A DNA stretch of 63,186 nt, counting the filler, from a bacterium (GTDB lineage Bacteria > JACRDZ01 > JAQUKH01), in assembly GCA_028719205.1 (NCBI GenBank). It is 3 parts of 3 records of this genome, joined end to end, with 100 filler letters (N's around TTAATTAATTAA, not from the genome) between each part and the next. Parts side by side here need not be neighbours in the genome. Positions count along the whole stretch, not along the records: positions 1 to 30,595 come from JAQUKH010000031.1; positions 30,696 to 59,911 come from JAQUKH010000032.1; 1 more part is not named here. One strand, 5' to 3'. The notes under the pieces are model-generated. The model searched no databases, was not told where the DNA came from, and saw nothing but the letters and a program-made list of their open reading frames with translations. A program made the translations under genes and the position numbers. The number at the start of each line of letters is the position of its first letter. The stretch's first letter is position 1. Below are positions 28,594 through 38,063 of this stretch, one piece after another.

Positions 28594-29610
28594 TTAAAAT
28601 TGTTTTAAAAAGAGCATGTTATTCTCAAAAAATAACCTGATATCATCGATCGCGAACTTAAGCATCGTGATCCGTTCAATCCCAATTCCAAAGGCAAAAC
28701 CGGAATATTTCTCCGGATCATACTTAACTGCCTTAAACACCTCAGGATCGATCATTCCCGCGCCTAGTATTTCAACCCATCCGCTTTCTTTACAAACCCG
28801 GCATCCTTTTCCTTTGCAAAGCTGGCATTCGATATCGATCTCAACAGAAGGCTCCGTAAACGGAAAATAACTCGGGCGGAAACGGACCTTTGTCTTCGAA
28901 CCGAACATTTTTCGCAAAAACAGAGAGAGAACCCCTTTCAGGTCTCCAAAGGTTATTTTTTTATCAACCATGAAACCTTCAACCTGATGGAACATCGGTG
29001 AATGGGAAACATCCGCGTCACAGCGATAAACCCTGCCGGGCACAATAACCTGCAGAGGCGGTTTTCTGTTCTCCATTACCCTTATCTGGACCGGGGACGT
29101 ATGCGTCCGGAGAATGATATTTTCAGTAATATAAAAAGTGTCGTGCATATCCCTGGCCGGGTGATCTTTGGGAAAATTCAAAGCCTCAAAATTGTAATAG
29201 TCCAGCTCCACTTCAGGGCCTTCAGCTATTTCAAAACCAAGCTTTAAAAATATATCCTCTACTTCGTACATCACCTGGCTAAGCGGGTGTAAATGGCCCA
29301 AAGGCCTCTTCCTGCCGCTCAATGTAACATCAATAGATTCTTTCTTTATACTTTTTTGTTTTTCCGCTTCTTTTAAAAGAGCGGATCTTTCATCAATAAT
29401 ATTCTGCGCCTTAATCTTAAGATCATTAGTCAGTTTACCGATCAACGGACGTTCCTCCGGAGACAGTTTTCCCAACTCCCTGAGGATATTCGTCAATTCC
29501 CCATTCCGTCCAAGATACTTCACGCGAAGATTATCAAATTCAGGAATAGTTGACGCTTTTTCAACATCCGCCAAAATAAGTTTTTCTAATTCAACTAATT
29601 TTTCTCTCAT
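28594..29610 (-). CDS. pheS: Phenylalanine-tRNA ligase alpha subunit
   Basis: HPARDMHDTF, LRTHTSPVQ, FPFTEPS, GFAFGIG. Confidence 0.98.
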   Translation of the reverse strand: MREKLVELEKLILADVEKASTIPEFDNLRVKYLGRNGELTNILRELGKLSPEERPLIGKLTNDLKIKAQNIIDERSALLKEAEKQKSIKKESIDVTLSGRKRPLGHLHPLSQVMYEVEDIFLKLGFEIAEGPEVELDYYNFEALNFPKDHPARDMHDTFYITENIILRTHTSPVQIRVMENRKPPLQVIVPGRVYRCDADVSHSPMFHQVEGFMVDKKITFGDLKGVLSLFLRKMFGSKTKVRFRPSYFPFTEPSVEIDIECQLCKGKGCRVCKESGWVEILGAGMIDPEVFKAVKYDPEKYSGFAFGIGIERITMLKFAIDDIRLFFENNMLFLKQF

Positions 29611-29619
29611 TAATTTTAA

Positions 29620-29982
29620 TTACGCAGCTTTTGCTAAATTTTGTTTTGCTATTTCAACGATCTTGGCAAAATTTTCTTTTTCCTCAATTGCCATGTTGGA
29701 TAATATCTTTCTATTTAACCTGATCTCTGCCTTCTTCAAGCCCTCTATGAACTTACTGTAGGAAAGGCCATGAATTCGAACCGCAGCGTTTATCCTGGCG
29801 ATCCAAAGCGCGCGAAAATCACCTTTTTTCTTTCTCCGGCCCGCAAGCGCGTATTGGCCGCTATGTAAAAGAGCTTCTTTCGCTGATTTAGTAGTCGTGC
29901 TTTTCGCGCCCATAAAACCTTTGGCTCTTTTCAATATTCTTTTTCTTCTTCGGGCCCGTACAACTCCACGTTTAACTCGCAT
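29620..29982 (-). CDS. rplT: 50S ribosomal protein L20
   Basis: MRVKRGV, FRALWIARINAA, LNRKILS. Confidence 0.98.
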   Translation of the reverse strand: MRVKRGVVRARRRKRILKRAKGFMGAKSTTTKSAKEALLHSGQYALAGRRKKKGDFRALWIARINAAVRIHGLSYSKFIEGLKKAEIRLNRKILSNMAIEEKENFAKIVEIAKQNLAKAA

Positions 29983-30007
29983 AATAATTCCTCCTGAATT
30001 TTAATTT

Positions 30008-30208
30008 TTATTTGCCGTACAACAACAATCTTTTGATGCTTCTTTCTTCCCCTTTTGAAACCAGCCCTGATGTTCCTAAATTTCTTTTCCTGCTTTTTGC
30101 CTTCTTTGTTAAAATATGACTGCGGTTCGCTTTACGCCGTAATACTTTACCTGTACCGGTTATTTTAAATCTTTTAACCGCGGCTCTCTTACTCTTAAGT
30201 TTTGGCAT
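30008..30208 (-). CDS. rpmI: 50S ribosomal protein L35
   Basis: MPKLKSKRAAVKRFKITGTGK, HILTKK. Confidence 0.97.
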   Translation of the reverse strand: MPKLKSKRAAVKRFKITGTGKVLRRKANRSHILTKKAKSRKRNLGTSGLVSKGEERSIKRLLLYGK

Positions 30209-30266
30209 ATTTCTCCCTTTCTAAAGTTTACTGAATTAAAACCAACTGCTATATAACTCGATAAAC

Positions 30267-30595
30267 TTAATTTGCCTTTGGTTTGCCTAAAAGCATCATT
30301 ATTAAATTTCTGCCTTCATGGGTTGTTTTCTGGATTATTGTGGAATAAGGCGCAGAATCCTGAATTATCCTGTCCATAAGCTTATATCCGATATCCATAT
30401 GAACTGACTGCCTGCCTCTGAACATCATATTTATCTTAACCTTAGCGCCCTCTTCCAAAAAGCTTATAAGGCTTCTGACTTTAACCTGATAATCATGCTC
30501 ATCGATATTAGGCCTTATCTTTATTTCTTTTACCTCTATAACTCTTTGATGTTTTTTGGCCTCTTTTGCCTTCTTCTGCAGTTCATATTTATATT
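30267..30595 (-). CDS. infC: Translation initiation factor IF-3 (5' truncated by linker)
   Basis: KYELQKKAKEAKKHQ..VKEIKIRPNIDEHDYQVK..KVKINMMFRGRQ; upstream of rpmI. Confidence 0.95.
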
Positions 30596-30695
30596 NNNNN
30601 NNNNNNNNNNNNNNNNNNNNNNNNNNNNNNNNNNNNNNNTTAATTAATTAANNNNNNNNNNNNNNNNNNNNNNNNNNNNNNNNNNNNNNNNNNNN
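30596..30695. other. Artificial contig linker
   Basis: N-run, TTAATTAATTAA (stops in all six frames), N-run. Confidence 0.97.
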
Positions 30696-31447
30696 CGCGC
30701 CTGAACTTCTTCAAACGGAGTTCCTAATTGAAAAAATATCGCAAGAGGTAAACTCGCGACCGGTTTAAACAACGAAGACGGCAGGCTGTCCGTAAAGCCT
30801 GTTGTAAATAAAACCGCCGCCGCGTCGCTTATCCCGCGTCCGAAAGCGATCAACACCGCGGTTAAAAGCCCGGGCAATGCCTGCCTGAAAATTACCTTTA
30901 CGCCTGTCTCAAGTTTAGTCGCGCCCAGTGAAAGCGAGGCCTCTTCCAATTCTTTCGGTATCATTTTTAAGACCTCGTCCATACTTCTGACCATTATCGG
31001 CAAAACCACAAAACTTAAAGTAATAATTCCGGCCAGAAGTGACGCCCGAAGCCCGAAATAGATCATCAGAGTAAAGCCAAAGGCTCCATAAACGATTGAG
31101 GGAATTCCCCAGAGGATATCCAGAAAGAACCGGATCACAAACGCGAATCCTGACTTTTTATCCAGATATAGATTTAAATAAAACGCTAAAGGAAGACTAA
31201 CTATAAGCGCTAAAAATGTCGAACCGAAACCCAGGATCAGGGATCCCAGGATCGCATTAAGGACTCCTCCCGCTTTTCCAATGTAATATCCGCCTTCCGG
31301 AGTTTTTGTGATCATATCTAAATTTAACGCAGGAATGCCTTTAATAAATATTGTTGTTATTATGAATATTAAGCTTCCGACAACAATAAAAGTGGAAAAC
31401 ATCATCAGGAATTTGAAAATTTTTTCTTCTATTATTCTTTTATTCAT
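30696..31447 (-). CDS. pstA: Phosphate-family ABC transporter permease PstA (3' truncated)
   Basis: GIPSIVYGAFG, LEEASLSLGATK EAA loop. Confidence 0.9.
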
Positions 31448-31459
31448 ATTAAATTCTTT

Positions 31460-31541
31460 GTAGGGGCGAACCCATGTGTTCGCCCTCTGTTTTTATTTTG
31501 CCGCCATATACCATAGGGCAGACACATGGGTCTGCCCCTAC
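31460..31541. repeat. GTAG-type REP doublet
   Basis: GTAGGGGCGAACCCATGTGTTCGCCC ... GGGCAGACACATGGGTCTGCCCCTAC; the terminal GTAG supplies the pstC TAG stop. Confidence 0.85.
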
Positions 31542-32452
31542 TCTTCTAATTTCAACAGAATACCCCATCCGATCATATTGAAAAATATTGTCATCAACAA
31601 TAATAAAAACGCCGCCAGAAGAACCGCGGAATCATACAAAGGAATTGACATCATCTCTCCATAGGTATTCGCGATAAACGCCGGCAGAGGATATGCCGTG
31701 TCAAAAATCGATCTTGGAAATCCCTGCATACTGCATCCCGCGACCATTAAAACCGCGATCGTTTCACCCACCGCGCGCGACATTCCTAAAATTATTGCCG
31801 CGATAATCCCGGGGCGAACCCTTTTTAATACCACATATTTTACAGTCTCCCATTTCGTCGCGCCCAGAGACAAAGATGCCTCGCGCATTTCCAGAGGAAC
31901 TGTTCTGATTATTTCTTCAACAATTGAGATGATTATCGGGAAAACCATTACGGCCAAAACAATTCCGCCTGACAGCGCGCTATAGCCCGTATAGTTCTCC
32001 GAAACAAACGGAAAGAACGGCAATTTTCCGCTTAGAAAAGGCATCAGATAATCCCGAACCAGTGGCACAATAACCACAACTCCCCAGACACCATAGATCA
32101 CAGGAGAAATTCCGGCGAGAAGATCAATCAAAGGTTTAATAAATTCCCGGACGCGCCGTGGCGCGTATTCCGCGATATAAATACCGGTCAGGATACTTAA
32201 TGGCACTGTGATTAAAAGTGCTATTGATGTTATCCAAAAGGTGCCAAAGATAAAATTCAAAAGCCCGAATTTACCCTGAGTCGGATGCCAGCTTGTTGAG
32301 AACAATAGATCTTTCAGCGAGTTAATAACCAGGATCGGTTTAGACCTGTTATATAAACCAAAAATAATTAAAAAAACAAGGCTTAAGACCAACCCGGCCA
32401 AAAGCCCCATTATTTTTCTTGCTAATAAGTCTTTAAATTTTCTGGCATTCAT
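31538..32452 (-). CDS. pstC: Phosphate-family ABC transporter permease PstC
   Basis: WHPTQGKFG, LAGISPVIYG, REASLSLGATKWE, RAVGETIAV. Confidence 0.92.
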   Translation of the reverse strand: MNARKFKDLLARKIMGLLAGLVLSLVFLIIFGLYNRSKPILVINSLKDLLFSTSWHPTQGKFGLLNFIFGTFWITSIALLITVPLSILTGIYIAEYAPRRVREFIKPLIDLLAGISPVIYGVWGVVVIVPLVRDYLMPFLSGKLPFFPFVSENYTGYSALSGGIVLAVMVFPIIISIVEEIIRTVPLEMREASLSLGATKWETVKYVVLKRVRPGIIAAIILGMSRAVGETIAVLMVAGCSMQGFPRSIFDTAYPLPAFIANTYGEMMSIPLYDSAVLLAAFLLLLMTIFFNMIGWGILLKLEE

Positions 32453-32467
32453 CTTTATTCTCTTTTT

Positions 32468-33409
32468 TTATTCTATTTCCTTCAACACTTTTTCCCGTTC
32501 CGTCTTTGATATCGACAAACTTGTCCCCACTTCATCAACGATCTTCGTTCCTTCTTCAGAAAGTGTAAAATCTATAAATGCTTTTACTAATCCCTTTGGT
32601 TTCCCTTTAGTAAAAAAATAATTTTTACGCGTCGCCGGATACCTGCCTGAACGGATCGCCTTAACCGCGCCTTCACGGTCATTATATATTTCATCCGGAT
32701 CCGCGATCCCGTTTTCATTTGAGTCGATCGGAACTAATTTTACCCCTTTGACCACTTTTCCATCCCTGGTAAATACATAACTAAAATTAGAATATCCGAT
32801 CCCGATCGGATCCCTTCTCGCGGCTTCAAGCAGGCCAGGGTCGCCGTAAACACCTACTCCCTTTAAATCTTCCTGCTTCCTGCCCAAATAATCAGCCCAA
32901 CTTGCAGCAGCTCCACAAGCGTCAGAACGGGTGTAAACATGAATCGATTTACCTGTCTTCCCGCCTGTTACATCATCCCACTTAGTAATAATACCGGTAA
33001 TATATATATCAGACCATTTCTTTTTATTTATTCCCTTTTTTAATAGATCTGGAAGCGCGGGATTTTTATCGCTGATCACTGAAAAAACCGCGTCGTGTAA
33101 AATATAAACCGGTAAAACACCTTTTTTTATTTCCGCCGGATCCGGTTCTCGAGATACCATTCCTATATCCACAAGCCCCGCGATAGCATCCGCCGCGCCT
33201 TTTCCTGCACCGCCGGCTGAAACATCGATTGAAACCTTTGGATTCAATTTCTTAAACGCCTCCGCCCATGCGACCGCTGTCGGATAGATCGCCCATGCGC
33301 CTGATAATGTTATTGCGCCTTCCAATTCACTTGCAAGAACACTATTTGCCGCGCCTTTACCCGACAAAAATACAAAAATCAAAATTAATCCATACATAAA
33401 ATTTTTCAT
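32468..33409 (-). CDS. pstS: PstS-family periplasmic oxyanion-binding protein
   Basis: LSGAWAIYP, SAGGAGKG, DIGMVSR, YTRSDACG; the canonical GSST/GSG phosphate motifs are altered. Confidence 0.8.
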   Translation of the reverse strand: MKNFMYGLILIFVFLSGKGAANSVLASELEGAITLSGAWAIYPTAVAWAEAFKKLNPKVSIDVSAGGAGKGAADAIAGLVDIGMVSREPDPAEIKKGVLPVYILHDAVFSVISDKNPALPDLLKKGINKKKWSDIYITGIITKWDDVTGGKTGKSIHVYTRSDACGAAASWADYLGRKQEDLKGVGVYGDPGLLEAARRDPIGIGYSNFSYVFTRDGKVVKGVKLVPIDSNENGIADPDEIYNDREGAVKAIRSGRYPATRKNYFFTKGKPKGLVKAFIDFTLSEEGTKIVDEVGTSLSISKTEREKVLKEIE

Positions 33410-33435
33410 TTTTTATTCTCCTGTTTTTTATAATA

Positions 33436-33459
33436 CTATACTTAGTCTATCAAATTAGT
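33436..33459. promoter_or_regulatory. Putative Rrf2 operator upstream of pstS
   Basis: CTATACTTAGTCTATCAAATTAGT, 20/24 identical to the box at 33951. Confidence 0.6.
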
Positions 33460-33480
33460 ATATTTTGAATCGAAAAAAAT

Positions 33481-33936
33481 TTATATGTTATACATCAGTG
33501 TTTCCAACCTGCGGTCTTTTTTGCCTTCTATTCTCTTACATACATCAGTTAAGGTAATATGATCTAAAATTTCTGATATCGCGTCTTTTACATCAACCAT
33601 AACACTCCTCAGTCCGCAAGTTGCCTCTTTCGAACATTGTACATGATCCGTAATACTGACACAGGCCAAAGGCGCAAGCGGGCCGTCGATCAAACGAATA
33701 ATTTCACCTAACTTTATCTTATCAGGCGACCGGTCTAATAAATATCCTCCGCCTTTACCTCTTTTACTCTGTAAAAAACCGGCATTTTTAAGGCTAAGCA
33801 ATATTTGTTCTAAAAATTTTACAGGGATATCTTCGCTTTTTGCGATATCCTGGATCTGGGTTACCCCTTTACCATAATTTAATGCAAGATTTATTAATGC
33901 CCTTATTGCGTATTCACCTTTTTTTGAAATCTTCAT
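33481..33936 (-). CDS. Rrf2-family transcriptional regulator (IscR/CymR-like, three Cys)
   Basis: MKISKKGEYAIRA, FLEQIL, SKRGKGGGY, CVSITDHVQCSKEATC. Confidence 0.93.
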   Translation of the reverse strand: MKISKKGEYAIRALINLALNYGKGVTQIQDIAKSEDIPVKFLEQILLSLKNAGFLQSKRGKGGGYLLDRSPDKIKLGEIIRLIDGPLAPLACVSITDHVQCSKEATCGLRSVMVDVKDAISEILDHITLTDVCKRIEGKKDRRLETLMYNI

Positions 33937-33950
33937 ATTTAGACCTAATT

Positions 33951-34005
33951 CTATACTTATTCTATGTACTTAGTCGTATTATATCAAAGCTAAAATATTT
34001 GTCAA
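33951..34005 (-). promoter_or_regulatory. rrf2 promoter and putative autoregulatory operator
   Basis: TTGACA(34005)-16 nt-TATAAT(33978), followed by the box CTATACTTATTCTATGTACTTAGT (33951-33974). Confidence 0.65.
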
Positions 34006-34085
34006 GCGTTATTTTATAAAAAAAGGGCCCAATCTGCCAACAAAGTATTCACTTCGCAAACAGCTGAGCCCTTTTGTTTTTCAAA

Positions 34086-34286
34086 TTAGAGTTTTACAAC
34101 TTTTGTAGCCTGATTACCTTTAGGCCCTTTTTCAATTTCCAACTCTACTTCTTGTCCCTCTTCAAGGGATTTATAGCCTTCACCCTGAATTACGCTATGA
34201 TGTACGAATACATCACTTCCTGATTCCGGAGTAATAAAGCCATAACCTTTTTGGCTTGAAAACCATTTTACTTTTCCTTTTACCAT
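34086..34286 (-). CDS. cspA: Cold-shock protein
   Basis: GKVKWF, KGYGFI, DVFVHHS. Confidence 0.95.
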   Translation of the reverse strand: MVKGKVKWFSSQKGYGFITPESGSDVFVHHSVIQGEGYKSLEEGQEVELEIEKGPKGNQATKVVKL

Positions 34287-34432
34287 TTGTCAATACCTCC
34301 TTCCTTAATAAATTTGCGGTAAATACAACAATAAATAAAAAAACCGTTTGGCAAATATATCTTACCCAACGGTTTAAATTGATTTACTATATCTTACCAC
34401 GGTTAAAAATTATACTACAAAATTTTTGTTTG

Positions 34433-35758
34433 TCAAGATAAAAAACAAAATTTTTCTTTAAACCTGTTTATCCTTTCATCAAAGATAATATCGGTGTGGA
34501 TCACAGGCCTCTTCAAAATGATCCCTTCAAGTTTGGTGCAGCGGCTCAAAGCGACATAAACCTGCCCATGCGTGAAAGCGCCGTGCCCCAGATCAATGAT
34601 CACATTATCAAAAGTCTGCCCCTGGCTTTTATGGATCGTAATTGCCCACGCCAGTTTTATCGGATACTGCTCAAAAGTTCCGATAACACGCCCTTCAATT
34701 TTATTTTTTTCCTTACTATATTCATATTCTATTTTTTCCCATGTTGTTTTGGGAACTTCAAAAACATTCTCATTTATCAGGACTTTTATACAATCAGCGG
34801 TCAGGCCCGCTATCTCGGCGATCGTACCGTTCACCCATCTTTTATCAGGGTCATTTTTCAGCAAGATCACCTGCGCGCCTTTTTTAAGTTTCAGGAAATA
34901 TTCGGTGGGATATAATTTCTCGTTAAAATCACCGGTAACCGCCGCCTCATATTTATATTCCCCGGTTTGCAATTTAGAAAGTTTTATTTCATTAATGGTG
35001 TTCGCGTGAACGTTTGTCGGCGTCAGGACCACGCAATGCCCGTTGTTATCTTCCGCTGTCCGCTTAACCCTTTTGTTCAGCAATTCCAAGTCCTCATCGA
35101 TCTGCTCATTATTCCGTATTTTGTTCAACAGATCAATAAAACCTGTTTCTTTCTGGCGGTAGATTCTTTCCAGTTCGAAATATTTAAACTTCATATTTCT
35201 GAAAACTTCAGCGTCAAAAAAATACGGGCTTTCGTATTGCTGGCTCAGGATATGCATTACTTCTTTTTCCACAACCGGAGACAACTGGAAAAGATCCCCA
35301 AAAAAGATCATCTGCACGCCGCCGAAAGGAAGATCCATCTCATTCCTGTTTATCCGCAGGGCATGATCAATACCGTCCATAAGATCCGCCCTCACCATGG
35401 AAACCTCATCGATTATAACCGCGTCGATCATCCGGACAATATCGCTGTCGCGTCTTCTTCTGATGTTTTCCTTCTGGATCAGGCGTGACGGAAATTTAAA
35501 AAAGGAATGTATTGTCTGCCCGCCGACATTTATCGCGGAAACACCGGTAGGCGCCAGCACCACAACATTCTTTGAGGTGTTTTCCCTAAAATATTTTAAG
35601 AGCGTGGATTTGCCGGTGCCCGCCTTGCCCGTAATAAAAATGCAATCTTCCGTATTTTCCATAACGGCAAAAACAAGATTAAATTCATCGTTAAAATCCA
35701 GGCTGTCAGGTAAGGCGTTATTTTTGGAAGATTCTATTTTTTTCATTTTTATTATCAT
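34433..35758 (-). CDS. Pif1-like SF1B DNA helicase
   Basis: GKAGTGKS, DEVSM, GDLFQL, WVNG, WAITIHKSQGQT, YVALSR. Confidence 0.92.
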   Translation of the reverse strand: MIIKMKKIESSKNNALPDSLDFNDEFNLVFAVMENTEDCIFITGKAGTGKSTLLKYFRENTSKNVVVLAPTGVSAINVGGQTIHSFFKFPSRLIQKENIRRRRDSDIVRMIDAVIIDEVSMVRADLMDGIDHALRINRNEMDLPFGGVQMIFFGDLFQLSPVVEKEVMHILSQQYESPYFFDAEVFRNMKFKYFELERIYRQKETGFIDLLNKIRNNEQIDEDLELLNKRVKRTAEDNNGHCVVLTPTNVHANTINEIKLSKLQTGEYKYEAAVTGDFNEKLYPTEYFLKLKKGAQVILLKNDPDKRWVNGTIAEIAGLTADCIKVLINENVFEVPKTTWEKIEYEYSKEKNKIEGRVIGTFEQYPIKLAWAITIHKSQGQTFDNVIIDLGHGAFTHGQVYVALSRCTKLEGIILKRPVIHTDIIFDERINRFKEKFCFLS

Positions 35759-35802
35759 ACACCATTAACATCGCGGTTTAAAGAAATATATTTTTTAACA
35801 GC

Positions 35803-36537
35803 TTATTTGGCAAAGATACGGGCCAAAAGTATTCCGATCTCATAAAGCGAATAAATCGGAATCCCCAATGAAAAAAGACTGATTATATCCGGCGGGGTGA
35901 TGACTCCGGCGATAATGAAACTTACCAATAGCGCGTGTTTCCTTTTTTTGATCAGTGCAAATGTGGAAATGATCTTCATTTTGGCAAGAAAAAAGATGAG
36001 TATCGGCCATTCAAAGACCAGCCCGAAAGTTAAACCGGTAGACAAAATAAAATCCAGATAACTATCCACGCTTAATTTTGGAGACAGCCTGATATCGCTC
36101 CCGAATTTAAGCAGAAATTTTGTTATGAACGGAATACCTGTAAAAAATGAAAAAATTACGCCTGATATAAAAAAAATGCTTGATAAAAATACAAACGGTA
36201 AAATAAATTTCTTCTCGCGCTCGTATAATCCCGGCGATATAAACATCCAGAGATGATAAAAAATCACCGGGCTCGCGAGAACTAATCCCGAAAATAACGA
36301 TATTTTAAAATATATGAGAAATCCCTCGTAAGGGCTGAAATACACAAGTTTTCCGGGAAGGCCTCCGGCATTTTTTATAATTCCAAGGATATTATTGCTG
36401 AAAAAAGAAGAAAGGACCGCAAAAAAAATAATCACGCCTAAGGACCATAAAAGGCGTACGCGAAGCTCTAACAGATGATCATATACCGGAAGTTCTTTCC
36501 CATTTTTATTTTCGGTTTTCGAGGATAACAGCGGCAT
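35803..36537 (-). CDS. tatC: Twin-arginine translocase subunit TatC (paralog 2)
   Basis: HLLELRVRL, FISPGLYERE, FGLVFEWP, ITPPD. Confidence 0.93.
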   Translation of the reverse strand: MPLLSSKTENKNGKELPVYDHLLELRVRLLWSLGVIIFFAVLSSFFSNNILGIIKNAGGLPGKLVYFSPYEGFLIYFKISLFSGLVLASPVIFYHLWMFISPGLYEREKKFILPFVFLSSIFFISGVIFSFFTGIPFITKFLLKFGSDIRLSPKLSVDSYLDFILSTGLTFGLVFEWPILIFFLAKMKIISTFALIKKRKHALLVSFIIAGVITPPDIISLFSLGIPIYSLYEIGILLARIFAK

Positions 36538-36982
36538 AACTAATTATTGCCTTTTTTTTGGGTGAAAAAAGACAGCCTTCAGAAGTAGTAGCCTTAACAT
36601 TGATACTGTTCAAAGACAATTTTAGCACCTTACTGATATTCTTTTTCATTTCAGGAAAATAAAGCGCAAGTTTCGGCTGATCCGCGATAATGGCCGTATC
36701 AATATTAACGATCCTGTAATTCAATTTTATTATCTTTTTAAATACTTTTTCAAGTAAAACCAAACTTGAAATATTTTTATATTTATTGTCTGTATTCGGG
36801 AAATGGATGCCGATATCGCCAAGCGCCGCCGCGCCCAAAAGCGCGTCGCAAACCGCGTGCGAAAGGACATCCGCGTCGGAATGGCCTGAAAGCCCCATAG
36901 CAAAAGGTATTTCCACCCCGCCCAGAATGAGCTTTCTTCCTTTTTTTAATTCATGAATATCGTAACCTAAACCTATTCTCAT
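36506..36982 (-). CDS. ispF: 2-C-methyl-D-erythritol 2,4-cyclodiphosphate synthase
   Basis: RIGLGYDIH, GHSDADV, GDIGIHFP, VKATT. Confidence 0.96.
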   Translation of the reverse strand: MRIGLGYDIHELKKGRKLILGGVEIPFAMGLSGHSDADVLSHAVCDALLGAAALGDIGIHFPNTDNKYKNISSLVLLEKVFKKIIKLNYRIVNIDTAIIADQPKLALYFPEMKKNISKVLKLSLNSINVKATTSEGCLFSPKKKAIISYAAVILENRK

Positions 36983-36984
36983 AA

Positions 36985-37079
36985 AAAAGTCACCAGTTTA
37001 AAAGTCACCAGTCAAAAAAAAATAATTTTTAATCTTCTATTCTCCTACCTTGTGACTTTGTGACTTGCAACTTTGAACT
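36985..37079. repeat. Inverted array of short 7-8 nt tandem repeats
   Basis: AAAGTCACCAGT twice, then TTGTGACTTTGTGACTTGCAACTTTGAACT. Confidence 0.6.
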
Positions 37080-37951
37080 TACAGTATTATTTTATTAAGC
37101 GGATACTCAACAATCCCTTCCGCTCCCGCCTTCTTAAGTTTCAAAATTAATTCCCGAGCTTCATGCTCATTAATAATGATCTCGATAGCTATCCAGCCTT
37201 TTTCTGTTAAAGGTGAAATAGTAGGCCTTTTTAATGCCGGAATAATTTTAAGTACTTCAGGAAGTTTTGCCTCAGGCAGGTTCATTTTTAATCCTGCCAT
37301 CCCTTCCGCCATAAGCGCGCCTTTTAGAAGCGTAACAATATTCTCGATTTTCTGTTTTTTCCATGGGTCCTGCCATGCTTTTTTATTCGCGATTACCCTT
37401 GTCGTGGATTCAAGAATAGTCTCAACGATCCGCAAATTATTCGCCCTCAGGGAATTCCCTGTCTCTGTTAATTCGGCGATCGCGTCAACCAATTTAGGGG
37501 GTTTTACCTCTGTCGCGCCCCATGAAAACTCAACCTCCGCCTTAACATTATTTCTTGCCAGGTATTGTTTAGTAACTTCAACAAGCTCAGTAGCAATACG
37601 TTTTCCTTCCAGATCCTTAACCGATTTTATCGTGGAATCATTTGGGACTGCTAAAACTAATCGTACCGGGCGAAGCCCCTCTTTCGCGTAGATCAATTCA
37701 GCCACTTCAACTACATCGGCTTTAGTTTCAGTGATCCAGTCTTTTCCGGTCAGGCCCATATCAAGAACTTCCTCTTCAATATACCGGGGAATCTCCTGCG
37801 CGCGTATTAAAATAGCCTCGATCTCTTTATCGTCAATAGTTGGAAAATATGACCGCTCAGGACAATTGATCTTAAATCCGGCATTTTTAAAGATCTCAAA
37901 TGTTGAATTTTTCAGGCTCCCTGCCGGCAACCCTAATTTCAGTTTTTTCAT
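37079..37951 (-). CDS. hisG: ATP phosphoribosyltransferase (long form)
   Basis: [32 protein letters not shown]-terminal ACT-like domain. Confidence 0.96.
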   Translation of the reverse strand: MKKLKLGLPAGSLKNSTFEIFKNAGFKINCPERSYFPTIDDKEIEAILIRAQEIPRYIEEEVLDMGLTGKDWITETKADVVEVAELIYAKEGLRPVRLVLAVPNDSTIKSVKDLEGKRIATELVEVTKQYLARNNVKAEVEFSWGATEVKPPKLVDAIAELTETGNSLRANNLRIVETILESTTRVIANKKAWQDPWKKQKIENIVTLLKGALMAEGMAGLKMNLPEAKLPEVLKIIPALKRPTISPLTEKGWIAIEIIINEHEARELILKLKKAGAEGIVEYPLNKIIL

Positions 37952-38019
37952 TTCTTCCCCTTTCTCAATTTAATAATTACAGATTATACACAAAATCTAA
38001 ATAATTTTCCACAAAAAGA

Positions 38020-38047
38020 AAAAGGGCGGGAATTAATCCCGCCCCCT
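38020..38047 (-). terminator. Intrinsic terminator
   Basis: GGGCGGGA-ATTAA-TCCCGCCC with a T-run on the minus strand. Confidence 0.7.
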
Positions 38048-38063
38048 ATTTTTTATCAAACCA

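Noticed and set aside
30596-30695. TTAATTAATTAA palindrome within Ns (also 59912-60011)
   Set aside because: Artificial six-frame-stop contig spacer; infC/pstA and barrel/rpsI adjacency and truncations are not biological
34336-34378. Hairpin with T-run upstream of the csp gene as a novel riboswitch
   Set aside because: Structured csp 5' leaders are ordinary, and it may also terminate the helicase transcript
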